Source of the DNA: Mytilus californianus
Lineage: Eukaryota
Assembly: GCF_021869535.1 (NCBI RefSeq)
Contig: NW_026262734.1
Location: forward strand, 19,592,001 to 19,656,000
Direction of reading: 5' to 3'
Length of the DNA stretch: 64,000 bases
The notes under the pieces are model-generated. The model did not search any database, was not told the DNA's origin, and saw nothing but the letters and a program-made list of their open reading frames with translations. The position numbers and the translations under genes were made by a program. The number at the start of each line of letters is the position of its first letter. The first letter of the stretch is position 1. Positions 21,187-36,458 of this stretch are shown in pieces.

Positions 21187-21551
21187 CGAATGATATATCA
21201 GGTTATATGTTTTTATATATTGATGTTTTACAACAATACATTGCATAATTTTCTCAAGTCATATATTTCTTCAATCAAAAAAGATCTCGGGTAACACAAT
21301 CAGGTTATATGTTTTATATATTGTTTTACAACAATAATGGATAGATGCTTAGGTTGTCTTTTAATATATATATATAGTTTATTGAGAACATGATGTTTAC
21401 TTGAAAAATAATTTAGACACTTGAAACAGTGATGTTAAATGTGAATAAATTTTAATCTGTTTTAATCATCTTTTTCTTTTTCCAAGCCATTTACTAGCTG
21501 TCAAAACAACATATTAGTTTCTATACTCAAGAAGGTATACCAATGTTTACA

Positions 21552-21660
21552 ATGACATCATTCTGACAATTGCTGGAATGTCACTTATTTGAACTTTGAT
21601 TGACCTCCTCCAAGTTCCTCCAAGCTGCTCTTGTTTCAGAACGTGCACTACAATACTACT
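21552..21660 (-). repeat. Right terminal inverted repeat
   Basis: Reverse complement of 2545-2653. A further 18-bp match links 21533-21550 to 2821-2838. Confidence 0.95.
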
Positions 21661-21666
21661 ATTATT
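21661..21666. repeat. Right target-site duplication ATTATT
   Basis: Immediately follows the ...CAATACTACT terminus. Confidence 0.93.
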
Positions 21667-23117
21667 TTTGAATGTTAAAAATCTGAGGTCTAGTAGTTAC
21701 AGAAGAGAAAGTAAAGAAAAACAAACAGTATCAAACATTTTTTCTGCTAAAATGAATCATTGTTTTTCAGTACATCACAAAGAGAAATTTATATATAAAG
21801 AACATACATATTATCCATGTCAAGTTTGGTTGAGATAAGTCTTTAATAGATGTCAAAAGAAACCTAATGGTATGTGCATGTAAATATATGTCTAAACATT
21901 GTAAAAAGTGAGCTTCATCTTAAAGTTTTCTGAATTATTGGGGAGATTTTAGAGAAAATATTATTAAATCAGATAAAGGTAAACTCTTGACTTATTTTTC
22001 AATTAAACTTTTTTTTTTGGTACAGAAAACATTCTGGAATTAAAAGCATATAAAGACGGACACGCACTATGCAAGATCAGAATAAGAGCACAAAATAGAG
22101 ACGGATAGATGTGCAAAAAAACTAAATAGATAAATTAAAAAGATTGTGTAAAAAGTACACGCTGGATAAAGTTGAAGAGATGAGAACATTTTATATGGCA
22201 ATGTCCCCTTTATAATCTCTTGAGAAAAGAGTTATATGATAAAAATTTTATAGGTTAACACAAGTGCCAAGTTGAATTGGCTTTGTGATCAAGAAAACCT
22301 AGATATTAAAATCTATTGCAATTTATAACAATAAAATTAACGTTTTGAACTCATAAAACTATCAATATAGTACAAATATGTTTATATGTAAAAAGTAAAA
22401 TCACAAAAATACTAACCCATTAAGAATATTTGACTGTTAATGTTATATATAATCATACATAGGCCAAATTCGAATTTTATGGCACTAATGATATCCATAA
22501 ACAGTTGCATATATGCCTCAACATTTCTATATGTTAAATATATATACATATCTGGGGTTTTGCTTTTTCTTTTGTGTTTATTTTTTCTCTATTCTATATT
22601 TTGTCAAATATCATTGAGAATTAATAATAATCATTGTAATAAATTATTTGTAATTATACTGCTCTCTTAGGGCGTCCTTGATTGACAATAAAAATATTGT
22701 ATTGTATTGTATTGTTTAACTGTTATGCTTTTTACTTATATGCGTATGGCTCTGGTCTGGCTGTGATTTAGGATCTTAGAATTGAGATGATTGTAATTCA
22801 TATGTATATATGATTATCAAAATTAGTATACCAATTATTAAAATCATTGTAATAAATTACTTTACTCTCCATGGGCCCTTTAATTGGAATAAAACTATCT
22901 TATCTTATATCTTATCTTATAGTATCTTCTATATTTTGATCTCTCGTGGCGGAAGGGCACCAGTTCTGTTTTGATAAATTCTACACTTCACTTCATGCAT
23001 GCAGAGAGAATCTGACACAGGTTTACGCTATCATACATGGATCTACAGTTACTTCTTAGTATATGCTTTTTAAAAAATAGAATAACGTCTACCATGAAAG
23101 TCAAATACTATCTTATA

Positions 23118-23610
23118 TAACACATAACTTAGAGGGTGATAGAGCAGATTGTTATCCCGAGAAAACATTGTCAACTGAGGCGAAGCCAAGGTTGACAATA
23201 TCTTTTCGAGGGGTATCAATCTGCTCTATCATCCTCTCAGATATGTGTTATTTTATTTTAATTTATTATACTGAATGTTCGTTTATTACTGTCGATTAAA
23301 TTTCAAATTCAAAGTAATAAACTATGACGTCTTGTACATAACAACCATCCGTATTTAATAAAGCGCACACTTGATCAAGCGGCTCCGTGAAGGGTAATAG
23401 AGTATTTGCCATAGGATAGAGTCGTATTTAATAAAGCGCACACTTGATCAAGCGTCTCCGTGAAGGGTAATAGAGTATTTGCCATAGGATAGAGTCGTAT
23501 TTAATAAAGTGCACACTTGATCAAGCGTCTCCGTGAAGGGTAATAGAGTAAATTAACACCCTCGTATTAGCCAATCAAAATCTGGCATTTTGACGTGAAG
23601 TATAATAAAT
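23118..23610. mobile_element. Non-autonomous palindromic element (133-nt hairpin 23118-23250 plus 3x ~59-bp tandem); inverted copy at ~31215-31498
   Basis: TAACACATA...GATAGAGCAGATTG / CAATCTGCTCTATC...TATGTGTTA arms; absent from the paralogous position of the other duplication unit. Confidence 0.65.
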
Positions 23611-26600
23611 ATATATATCTACCGAGTCGAACAGAACAACCGACTAGCGACTGTCATATTCCTATATGTAACTTATGGTATTTTCGAGACAAAATGTGTG
23701 ATCAACCACTAAGAGGACTCAATTCCTAAAAAAATTAAAAGTTGTATTTACGGGTTTTGCTGCTTTACTAGATATCCCTCTTCCCTTTTTTTTTGTTTTT
23801 TTTTTTTGGCATCATTAAATAAAAGATAGAAACAAAGATGTGCAAGAATTCTCCGAGGCATCAATATCTTGATAGCTAGTCAGGAGTATGTGCACGGAGA
23901 CGCTTGATTATTTGTGCATTTAATCAAATATAGTTGTCTTGATGCTGAAACTTCATTCTCTCGACTGATATATTTTGCAAATATTTTGCTGCTTCAAAAT
24001 ATCATATAAATGTTCATTAAACTTGATTCCAGACCTGTTTGCTTCATGATTATGTTTTTTTTTTCAATGTAAAATATGCAGTTTTCTAATCGTCAAACAT
24101 CACAAGTTTGTGTTAATGTGCCTCATAAACCTTTAGTAATTAACTGCATCATAGTACATATGCGTATTTCCGCAACCCTAAGAATTTGCGTGGTTTCAAG
24201 CAAGGAGGTTAAACGACGCCTTGATTATATAATTCAAAATAATAATATTCATATCGGAATAATTCTATTTTTATGAATCAGAGGTCTGCACTGCAGTGGA
24301 CGGCGGATGATGTCATCTATCATTTCTGTAATGACATACACGTACTGTAAATTTAGATAGTTTGGCAGTAGACCAAATTTCGTGTATTTGGCGATAACAA
24401 ATGTATATGATAAAAGTGCAAAGATTGAACGGATCCAAATAAAACATTTACCAACATAATAAACGCAAGTATTCGATAATCATATTATTTTAAAGTAATC
24501 TATAATTGTGTGTAAAGATTATAATTAAACAGATATATTGACACATTAATAATTATCTTTAAATGGAAAAAGGCAATTTCACTAAAATACAATAAGTAGG
24601 ACCATGTAAGACCAGTAAATCAAAATTGATATCAAATATTAATGATTCTTCCTGGTTACACAACTAGTTTGCTAACTGTAACAAAACATCAATCAATAAA
24701 AGTTAAAACTTCATTTCATCAACTTGTATAGTTTGTTCTTATGTTGTACTGTTATTACACCACTCTCCCAGGTTAGGGGAGGGTTTGTCGTTGGGATGAG
24801 TTGTGACAGTCGTTGGTTCATATGTCTGTCATATTTGTTTTTCGTAAATTATTTCGTTATAAATTAGACCGTTAGTTTTCTCTTTTGAATTGTTTCACAG
24901 TTTTCATATCGGGGACTTTTATAACCCACTATAATGTATTGGTTTTTTCTCATGGTAGAGGGCCGTACGGGCCTATAACTGCTTACATCCACTTCATTCG
25001 ACCTCTTTGGTTGATATTTGTGCCATCATAAAATTGAGAATGGAACTAGGGAATGTGTCAAAGAGACAACAACCCGACCATAGAGCAGACAACAGCTGAA
25101 GGCCACCAATGGGTCTTCAATCATACCAACATCTCCATATTTTTGTATACAGTTGATAAACAATCTCTTTTAATGGCAAAGTACTGCAACTAATATGATC
25201 TACTCTAATTTTCAGATCAATTTCTTTTATTTGTAATCCCAAATGTGTTTGATGTTTTATATTTTGTCAAAAATGACATATTACAGCTCCAAAAATAATT
25301 TAAAACTACCAAATAAATTTGACATCACAACATAAATCGAACAATGAGTTTCATTTAAGTATGTTTCGACACAAAAGTCAAAACATTTGACACACCAACA
25401 TTTAACTACCAATGATATGGTAAATACCGAAAAAAATATCCTTACACCAAAACATCCCGATTTACGGTATTATCTAACATTTTCAATTTTCATGGGACTC
25501 GGTGATCGGTTGGTTATTGTAGTGTATCTACAGTGATCACTAAACAACGAGGTTGTGAGAACGACTCTAATCTTAATTTACTAGGAATACCAGGGTTCCT
25601 CCCTAAGGTTGGTAATTCTCCCCGGATACTCCAATTTCGTCAATCAATAGAACATGGTCGTCATTATACAGGTTAGAGTGCTAATAGTGGCGTTAAACAC
25701 AACGAATAAATCTATCAATTCAATTTTAAAAAGAAAACTGCAAGGCCTGTCTGCATTTAGAATTAAATGGCCGTCCGCCTATTAACCAGTGATATCAATC
25801 ATTATTTTTTCAAATATTTTAAACTTTCCTAACTCGCAACTCGACTTTTGTAACTCGCAACTCGACTTTTGTAACTCGAAGTTGACTTGTTTAACTGCAA
25901 CTCGATACTTGACTAAAAGAAAACCTTAAACGTCAAGTGTATACTTTTAGTAAACGTATTGATACATTTAATTATAAAGAATTTGGTAATTATGTCTACT
26001 AAATTATTTATTTTTTTTATCGAAAATTGAACAATGTACAAAAACTGATTTATAACTTGCCTTGTTGTAGACAGTTCTTACATTTTATATATCTTGTGTA
26101 ATCGAATAAAGTTATTATGCTAGGTGTGTTTGACTTTTTTTTTTAATTTGAAAATACACAATTTATATAGTTTAGAGTGTAAGAAAGCTCAAAATGTAAT
26201 TGAACTTCGTATTGGGTGATAATTATTTCCCTCGTGTGTTAATCTACCTTAACACCTTCATCCAAGGGCAGTATGTTTATAATCTCAGAATTTATTATAG
26301 ATAAGTAGAAACCCTGTAAACTGCAAAAATGATCAGCTATCAAACAAGATATACAAAACTGTCAAATGACTGTAATTAATAGATTAGATTTTGTTTACTA
26401 ATTTTCGATTAATATGTTTGTAAACAGCAAAGATTATGGTATACACGGTCTTTAGAAATGCCAATATGACAGAAACCTTCAGCTGGCCTCTTGTAGTAGA
26501 AATTGTCATTAAAAGTCGAATTTTTACTAACTTTTGAATTTTACAAATGTACCTATAACTTCAATTTTGACATGTGATCGATTCGGGCTCTTATGAGCCT

Positions 26601-29600
26601 CTTGTTTAGATGTTCATGTGCAGTTCGTCATGCTCTGGTTGCATGCACAATTTTATAAAAATCTGTTAGATCATCCATTTACGTTCCTAATACCTACAAA
26701 TGTAAAGAAATTAGAGCTAAAGATGCTGGCAATTACAAAAGTAATAAACAAATGAATGCTTCATTACTTAATACCCTTTCACAATAAGGGAAATATTGTA
26801 AAATCATTTTTTTGTCTGATGTGTCGGTATCACTTGTAGTAGCCAGTTTAACAGTATTTGGATAACACTGACAAAAGAGACAGATTTAAAACGGTTAAAC
26901 AACAAAAACCTTTTGTGGACAATGAGATGAGTTAACATTATCCTCACTTTAAGCCAGTACCTTGTTATGCACCAAATGACATTTAAAATGTAACCCTAAT
27001 TTTTTTTAACATTGTCGTTTTATTTTGACAGTTTTATCGTACTATTGTCTATATCAGGGTTTTTGATTGTTAATCTGTTTTACGGAATTACACCCCTAAC
27101 CTATTATTTTCAAAACTCCTATGTCCGCCGCTGATTATGTGGCTCTAGTTATGTTGTAACCACTTACAAATCAATCATATTTTAATAGCAATTGAGTTGA
27201 AATATGTGTTTACTTCACAAATTGAAGTTATCAATGAAATGGGAAAAAAACAATGTTTCTTGTACGTTTAATTTTGATCTCGCCTTAGGGACATTTGTAC
27301 CAATCACTAAGCAATGAGATCATGCGAGAGGATTATTGTGAATCGTATTTTAGGGGAAACGTTTTTGATCAATTGAATGTTTATTTAAATACCTGCATAT
27401 ATTTTCAAAGAAATAAAAACATTTCAGAGGAATTGAAATTATTACAGAAACATTAGAATGAAAATTAGATGAAGAAAAAAAAAGGCTTCATGGCTCTCTA
27501 CACTCCATAAATGTGTCAACATGTCCTATTACCTAGCTAACTGATGCCAAGAACTGATTTATTTCTTGTGGAATTAAATATTTATAAAGGTTAAGCACTA
27601 AAGCAATTTAAACCAATCAGTGAAATCTCAAAATTAAATTGTTCCACATATTAAACAGTAGTGTAACAGCTGGTTACATTCCAGGAAGGTTTTAAGAGTT
27701 TGTTAACCTGAGTTAAGTTTGTACTGATTGAAATCCAAATAAATAAAACATATTGGTTTGAGGTAGCACTGGCATTAAAGTATGATTGGTTGGCAGTTGT
27801 ATGAATGAATTATATGCTATTTATAGATTCACCAGGTTGCTCTGTTATGGAATCTCAAGTCCAGAGCATAGGAGTGGTAGGGGATTTCTTATATTAAAAT
27901 CTGTGGAAACACCAAATATTGAATTCCCTGTGAAATAAAGAGTTCTTTCGTGAACCCAGAGACAATTCAATCCCTATTGACTTATTCCAAAAACTTCCCT
28001 CCTGAAAAATATTTTGTCTTTTCAGCCTTTTAGATATGGCTGTTGTAAGATGGAATATTCCATAGTGAGATGCAATAATGAATAGTTTTCAAACTTAAAC
28101 CAAAAAATATGGTATTGGTCGTTTAAGTATACTCCCACTCACAGAGTTGTTTACTGCGATGTAACTTTCTCTATTCTTCTGTCTTTTTGTCTGTCAATAG
28201 CTTTTGTAACACAATTCTCAGTTTCTGTATTACGGAATAATTTGACATTTGGTCAATGTGTTCGTCTGTCGCCCAATGGCATGTTTTTTCTAAGGGACAA
28301 CAAATCAGAGCGTCCTGAGATTTGTTATTAAGCTTTATGTGAGCATGCTACACAGGGGAATGCTTTTGAAATTCATCGCTCGTTAACTCTTTCTGTTAAT
28401 CAATGAATCAAAAACTACATTGTATATTTACAAAAGTACAACTTTCACATGAGTTAATTCTACAAGAGAGAAATATGATCCTCGGTTTTTATGACAGGCC
28501 TTTAGAGTAAATAATATTTGGTACTGGTATAATAGCTGCGAGCTACAAAAGTCGAGTTGCGAGTTATCAATGTCGAATTGCAAGTTATGAAATTTGAGTT
28601 GCGAGTTACAAATGTATCAATGTCGGGTTGCGAGTTAAAGAGTCGAGCTGAGAGTTACCAATGTCGGGTTAGTTAACAAAAGTCATTCTGCGAGTAACAA
28701 AAGCAGAGCTGCAGTTAGGAAAGTCGAGTTTTGAGTAACAAAAGAGACGAATCTGTTGATTTTCTCTTGAAATAAGGAAATTTAGCAAATGTGTACGTAA
28801 AAAGGTGGGAGATACCAATGGTACATTCAAAACTCATAAATGGAACACTACTTCTTTATTTTGTAAAGTAGCAAAAGTACTTACAAAGTAAGGAAAATAA
28901 TTAGGTTCGAGAACATCCATTGTAGCGATCTGGCGAAATCATTGCATTTAAAATCTCCATTGACGATCAAAGATAATGGATCAGTTGCAAATGACGAATC
29001 ATTGTGCATGTGTAGGGATGATGCTATTTAACAGGTTCTCATAAGAAGGAGCAATTTAAGCTCACATAACCAATTTCAAAATTAAACCGGACAGTCAATT
29101 TGATATAAGTCATATCTATAGGACAGTGAGTTCCTATATGATACAATGGGGACAAAAGTGTTAACACCATTTATGCCATCAAATTTAAATCAACAAGAGA
29201 GAGGAATCTATACTAAATCCTCTATCGTCATTTCCGAATGTTTAACCCCGTTGGTCTTGGAATTACAGAAGAGAAAGAAAAAGCAAAAACAAGTATCAAT
29301 AATTTATTGTGCCATAATGAAGCTATGTTTTTCAATACATCGCAATAAGAAATTTATATATATTAAACCTTTTATATATTATCCATGTCAGGTTTGTTTG
29401 AGATCAGACTTATAGATTTCAAAAGGAAACCTATGTGCATGTAAATATATGTCTAACAACATTGTAGAAAGTGAGTTCCATCTTATAGTATCTTCTATAA
29501 TTTTATCTCTTCCTATGACGGAAAGGCACCAGTGTGCCGTCATAGTGTTCTTCTTTCTGATGTGTATGTAGTATTTTGGTAAATCCTCACTCCACTACAT

Positions 29601-32600
29601 GTATGTTCCCAGAGAGAATCTGACACAGGTTTACGCTATCATACATGTATCGACATTAACCTCTAAGTATGTACTTTTTCAAAAAATACAATAACGTCTA
29701 CTATAGTCCAACATTATCCATAACCCATGCAGAGACGAACAGTACAACTAACTAGCGACTGTCATATTCCTGACTTAAGGTACAGACATTTTCCAGACTA
29801 AATGTTTGATTGTCCCAAAAAGAACTCAATTCCTAAAAAAAAAAGTGTATATAGTTGCTGCTTTAATGGATACCCTTCTCTTTTTTGCATCATTAAATAA
29901 AACGTATAGACAATGAAATGTGCAAAAATTCTCCGAGGCATCAATATCCTGATAACAAGATATGATTATGTGCACGGAGACCGTTGATCATCTGTACATT
30001 TAAAAAAATACAGTTGGTTTGATACTGAAAGCATAATGGAACAAGTAATAGCTTTTCTAAAAAGTTGGCCGTCTCATAGCTGATGAAAATGTTTTCCTAT
30101 GCAGAATAGCATTGCATACTGAGTTACAAAAAATAAACGGAAAATACTCATTTTGAGATTTTCCTATTTCTTTTTTGAAGGGAATCACAGGCAATTGTCT
30201 CTGATTTTTTCCATATGTACCTTAATATAACATTAAGTATATACGGCATTTTTTGGAAAAAAAAACACAGAAAAAAGGGGGATACTTACCTAATCATCTG
30301 CGTTTGTATCTATTATCGATTATTCTTTTTTTCAAAAGATATGCTATTCATTTACTTCTTCCTAGATCAGTTGTTTATTTCCTTGTGTTAGATAAGTATG
30401 GCCACTTCCGCCTGTATCTGTTGCATTCATAGTAGGTCTCGAAAAGTGTATAGAGTGCGAAACGTTGTACAATTTATACATTGAACCAATATATTTTTCA
30501 AAAGAATTCTCACATCTTTTTAAAATGAATCGGATCCTTAAAACTTATATTTAACAATCTTTTATCTGTCTTTTATCATTTAAAACTAATTTAAAACGAG
30601 AAGTGTTGAGATCTAGAAAAACTTAGCTTAAGCATTGACCTAATAAAGTTCATGTACTGGTACCTGGTCACGATAGTCCCAATAAATCAACTCATCAATG
30701 CTTTAAGGCTATAGGAAAAGGAAGTTGAACAAGGCAAAAATATTACTACATGTAGTATATCGAGCTTAAAATTCAAATTTTGATTGATGGCTGTTATAAC
30801 AATGAAACATTTTAAAAACAATAACTAGGTTAGATATCATTCTTTGACGACACAGTTAGCATCAATTTCAATTTGCCAGCATACACAAAGAAAGCAGGCA
30901 TCAAATTCCATTCGTTTTCAGAACTGGTAAAAGCTAGCGCATACGTCGACAAAAAGATCTTGTAACATTATACATGCTTATAATACATGTTGAAAATAAA
31001 TAAGATATCTGACTAAAATAGTTCATTCCAGCCTAAATTCGTTGAAATCCACAAGATTTGGAAAATTTCATCAAGTCTGTTGTTTTGGTGTCTTTTTCGT
31101 GTAAACATTGCAACGTAATTTTCGAAGCGTTCGACAAAATTCGTTCTATTTCACTTTATTATACTTCATACCAAAATGCCAGATTTTGGTTGGTTAAATC
31201 GAGGGAGACCATTTACTCTATCGCATTACAAATACTCTATTACCCTTCGCGGAGACGCTAGCTCAAGAGTGCGCTTTAATAAATACGGATGATTGTCATG
31301 TACAAGACGACATAGTTTATTACTTTGAGTTTGAAATTTAATAGACAGTAATAACAGAACATTCAGTATAATAAATTAAATAACACATATCTAAGAAGGT
31401 GATAAAGCAGATTGTTACCCCTCGAAAAGGCTTCGCCTCAGTTGGTAATGTTTTCTCAGGGTAACAATCTGCTCTATCAACCTCTCAGCTATGTGTTATT
31501 TATATATTGTCACATGATGGACTTGATCGATATTGAGAGAAACAATCAGCAAGTGGCAATTGTTTATTTACATTTTCTACATTTACACGTGATCATCTTT
31601 CAAGGTTCTTTTTTTATTAGATGCAGCCAGTTACAACTGCAACCAATGGAAACCATTACCTCGTGGATCCGAAATTCTATTTTAATCCTCCAAAGGTGGA
31701 GAGGAAGGGACTGGATCGTAACCCTTGGCTAGCGAAGATGACATGTAGATGTCTTTCTTTTTTCAATTATAGTCTATAGTCTAGCTAGACTTGGGAGGGT
31801 TAAAAGCTAAAAAATATTGTAATGACATAATATGTCAATTGTAGAAGACTTTATAACTTGTAAGAAGCATGCGTTTTTTGTACTTTAGAAGTAAGGAATT
31901 TTGTGTTTCGATTAATTGGGTTGCCTGTCTTAATTATTTATGTATACTTCGCATCTCCTTTAAATCATATTTAGAAACTAAAATATGTTAACATACACAA
32001 ATAATTGCTTTTATAATCTGATCTTATAATTATCCCCTCGTCTTACGTTCTTCACATTCTGCTATCTTGCCATGGTAAGATAGCTAGGCATCATCTTGTC
32101 CTGCGCAAACCCACCTGCAAATTATTCCCATATTAAACAATATAAATCGAAATTAATTGATTTGGTTATATCCGTTTTTCAATTAAATCGTTACCTTCGG
32201 ATTATCTTACTATCAATATGTATAACCGTGGGGTAAAAGCATGCGCGGTGTGTCCCTAGGTTTTCATATACGTTTCAACATTACTATAATGACTATAAAA
32301 TGTGGAATGATCACGTGTGCGTTTTTTATACATTACAAAATTGCAGAAGTTTGGCTTTCTATAGAAAAATGTTCCTGTGTACCGATATGCATGATTGATC
32401 ACGATGCAATTTTAATAACTAAAATAAAGACCTCAAATCCGACAGGAATGAAGGACATTTACTAGGTTTCAAATTACTCCAACCAACCAACAGACTTTTA
32501 CTATGAAAGAGTCAGTAATATCTTCCAATCCGGTAGTAAGAAAGCATTCAGTACAAAAGCTGTCCATCGTTCAACTTATAAGACCGTCTCCGAGGAGACG

Positions 32601-35049
32601 GTAATTAATTCAAATGCTGAACTGGTATTCGGTATAATTAAACAGGTATAGCAATTTCAAGAGGGATATTTGCGAAATACACCAGTCTAGTCATTCTTTC
32701 TACTGGGATTGTTTGTAAATGATGCTCCTAACCATCAGATATCTGTTTATTAAGCTTAATTACAGAGCTATGATTATTTTATTCAATGAACACATACACT
32801 TTTTACTTAAAAAACATCACAAGCGTGTGTTAATTTGGCTCAGAGACCTTCATACGTAACTGCATCGTAGTACATGTGCGTATATCCGCAACCCTAGGAA
32901 TCCGTCTTAGTTTAAAGCACGGTTAAACGACGCCTTAATTATATATAATTCCAAAAAAACATTCATCAGATTACTTCCATTTCTATAAATCAGATATCTG
33001 CATTGAAGTGGACGGCGGATAATGTCGTGTATCATTTCTGTAATGACACACTGTACAGTAAATTGGAATACTTTGGATGTAGGCACATTTTTCGTGTATT
33101 TGGCGATTATGATGAAAGTGCCAAATTTGAACACATCAAAATAAAACATTTACCAACATAATAAACGCAAGTATTCGATAATCATATTATTTCAAAGTAA
33201 AATATTATGTATAATTAAACAGATATATTGACACATTTATAATTTATTTTTTAATGGAAAAAGGCAATTTAACTAATTGTACAATTAGTAAGACCATGTA
33301 AGATCAGTGCATCAAAATTATATTACATTTTAATGATCCTTCCTGGTAACACGATCAGTTTGCTATTGCAACAAAAAATCAATCAATAAAATATGTACTT
33401 CATTTCACCAACTGACATATCTCATCAACTGATTTTTATAGTTTGTTCTTATGTTGTACTGTTACACCACTGTTCCAGGTTAGAGGACTAGTTTTTTAGC
33501 CAGCTGATAACATGTTTAACCCCGTGTCATTCTTTGTGTGCCTGTCACAAGTCAAGAGCCTTCAGTTCAGTGGTTGTCATTTGTTCATATATGGCATGCT
33601 TGTTTTTCGTAAAATTTTTTATTATAAATTAGACCGTTAGTTTTCTTTATTGAATTGCTTCACATTTTTCATGTCGGGGCATTTTCTAGCCGACTATATG
33701 GTGTGGGATTTTTCTCATGGTTGAGGGCCGTAATGGGCCTATAACTGCTTACCTCAACTTCATTCTAACTTTAGTTGATATTTATGTAATTGGCAATTAT
33801 TGATTTAAATGGACAATAGACATCTGCAAACAATAGGTGATTTAAACTGTGTAACTGAGTGGACCGTATCAAATAAAACTTATGTATTTGTTTATTTTGC
33901 TATCTTCTTCAGACTATCGACAACAGGAAGTGGCTGTACGGCTGATGTACAAATAGCATACACGCTGGAACTCACTAATTATTAAGCTGTAGACTAAATA
34001 TAAAATCATTCCTTTCTATAGAGCCCTGGAAAACTTTACACAATGTATTCCGAACGAGAGGACGGACACAGAGCCGATCTGTTTCTAGACTTACTTTCGC
34101 CTTCAGCGACGCATGTAAAAATGACTACCGGGTTCTGAGTTGTTTTTTTTTTTTTGTTTTTTTTTTTTTTGTGCAATTTGTATAAAGATCTTGGGAATCA
34201 TTTCAGTATAGACGGTTTTTTCACGGTGTCTATAATCATTTCTCTCCTATAACATGGATGGGTCTGGTCTGATCGAAGAATGAGCAGTAACTATTGATCC
34301 GAGACCGGTACAATTGTACTCTAGAGTGCACTTATGAAGGTCACACAAGGTTTATCCGCAAAATTATTTCGTTGGTTAAAAGGGATAAAAGGTGCAAAGG
34401 TATATCAGCCGCGAAGAAATTGTTAAAACAATCGTAAACTATTTAAGCCTGTTAGGGAACAGTTTCGGATATAAAATGTTATCGTGAAAACGAAAGACAT
34501 TGATATTTCAAAAGAATTGCTTAATAATTATATATTGTGTTACTTGTTTATCGCATATTCCCTGATTTTCAAGTGCACCATTTGAAGAGTACCCTCTGAA
34601 CGAATTTTCGCTGATTCTGCTTTACTAAAATAAGGTAAGACGCGATTTTGGAACTATAACAAGCAGATTATAAACCTTATACAAGACAACAAATTGTTCA
34701 AAAACCCCTGAAAAATCAAATAGACTTATTACATACTATAAGAATGAATAAGGTAAATCTTGAACACGCCATCGGAGAATTAAAAACAAAATACAAAGTT
34801 AACTTAAAGGGGGTTTTTGGTGACATATCCAATACAGCGATTCAAATCTGTTGTGACCATTTGCGTTGAATTAGTGTGTCGTCGAAACGTTTTATTGACA
34901 TAACAACAACAAAAAACAATCATTTGGTTTTACTAAGGTATCTGTATTATTGCTTTTTTAAATTTTGAGATGACCCCTTGTTTTTCGTCAACTGTATTCG
35001 TAAGTCTAAGTGTAATCCTAGGTATAGACGTAGTTTCCGCAAATGTTTA

Positions 35050-35570
35050 ATATGGCCGTATTCACCACAAATTTTACTCTAAGTACAGACAAACCTGTGC
35101 ACCTGGAAAAGTTTTAAGGCATGGCAGGAACTAGATAATTAAATTTTATGTTTCAGAAAATTATAAACTTTTCTGGATTTTGCTATTCATTCCTGCAGAC
35201 GGTGCCAAAATAAACTAAGTTGGGAAAGAGGTTTGAGAAGTTCCCCTCATATAATAAATGTTATTACTGAGTGGTATTGATTTAAATGGACAATAGATGG
35301 ACAATAGAATTTGCAAACAATAGGTGATTTAAACTATGTAAACGGAGTGACCGTATCAAATGAAACTCATGTGCATATTTATTTTGCTATCTTCTGCAGA
35401 CTGGAAAAAAATGCACATCAAAATCCAGGTAAGTTTTTAATTTTCTGAAACATAGACTACATATAACTTTTATATATCTAGGTCCTGCCATACCTTAAAA
35501 CTTTCCTAGATGCATAGTTTGTCTCTACTCATAGTAGATTTTGTGGTGTAAACATGGCCGTATTTTTCAA
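35050..35570. mobile_element. Older diverged copy of the same MITE family
   Basis: Inverted arms AGTACAGACAAACCTGTGCACCTGGAAAAGTTTT / AAAACTTTCCTAGATGCATAGTTTGTCTCTACT and a shared internal sequence. Confidence 0.65.
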
Positions 35571-35876
35571 TTCCTTTTGATGATCCTTAAACACAATAAT
35601 AAATCGATCAATTCAATTAAAAAAACTTCAAGGCTTACATTTAGAATGGTCATCCGCTTATTAACCAATGATATGAATAATTATTTTTCAGATATTTTAA
35701 ATAGACTTTCTTAACTCGCAACTCAACTTTTGTAACTCGCAACTCGACTTGTGTAACTCGAAACTCGATTTTTGCAACTCGCAACTGGACTTTTTTTAAC
35801 TTGCAGTTCGACTTTTGTATCTGGAATCTCAATACTTGACTAAAAGAAACCCTCATATGTCAAGTATATACTTTAA

Positions 35877-36458
35877 GGTTCATGTGGACCCTTCGTCTAA
35901 AATGGCTGCATTTTCACCTCAAAATTTACTCTGAGTACAGACAAACCTGTGCATCTGGAAAAGTTTCAAGGCATAGCATGCCCTAGATAAATAAAATTCA
36001 AATATATTTTATGTTTTAGAAAATTAAAAACTTAACCGGATTTTGCAGTGCACTTTTTTTCATTCCTCCAGAAGGTGCCAAAATAAACTAAGTTGGGAAA
36101 GTGGTTTGAGAACTTCCCCACAGGTAATAATTGAAGTGAACTGTTTTGATTGACATGGACAATAGATGGACAATAGATACCTGACAATAATTGGTGATTT
36201 AAACTGTGTACCTGAGTGGACCATATCAAGTGAAACTCAACTGTTTGTTAATTTTATCATCTTCTGCAGGAACGAAAAAAAGTGCACTGCTAAATCCAGT
36301 TAAGTTTTAAATTTTCTAAAACATACAATGCATTAGAAGTTTATTTATCTAGGGCATGCTATGCCTTAAAACTTTTCCAGATGCGCAGGTTTGTCTGTAC
36401 TCAGAGTAAATTTTGAGGTGAAAATGCAGCCATTTTAGCCAAAGGGTCCACATGAACC
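35877..36458. mobile_element. MITE with ~125-bp TIRs and TTAA target duplication (Kolobok-like GG...CC termini)
   Basis: TTAA|GGTTCATGTGGACCC...GGGTCCACATGAACC|TTAA; absent at the paralogous site ~25940-25950. Confidence 0.85.

Larger units (their letters stand above)
2545..21660 (+). mobile_element. Full-length Polinton/Maverick (endogenous adintovirus-like) element, 19,116 bp
   Basis: AGTAGT/ACTACT termini, 109-bp TIRs, 6-bp TSD, and a full core set: INT, mCP, MCP, protease, ATPase, pPolB. Confidence 0.98.
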
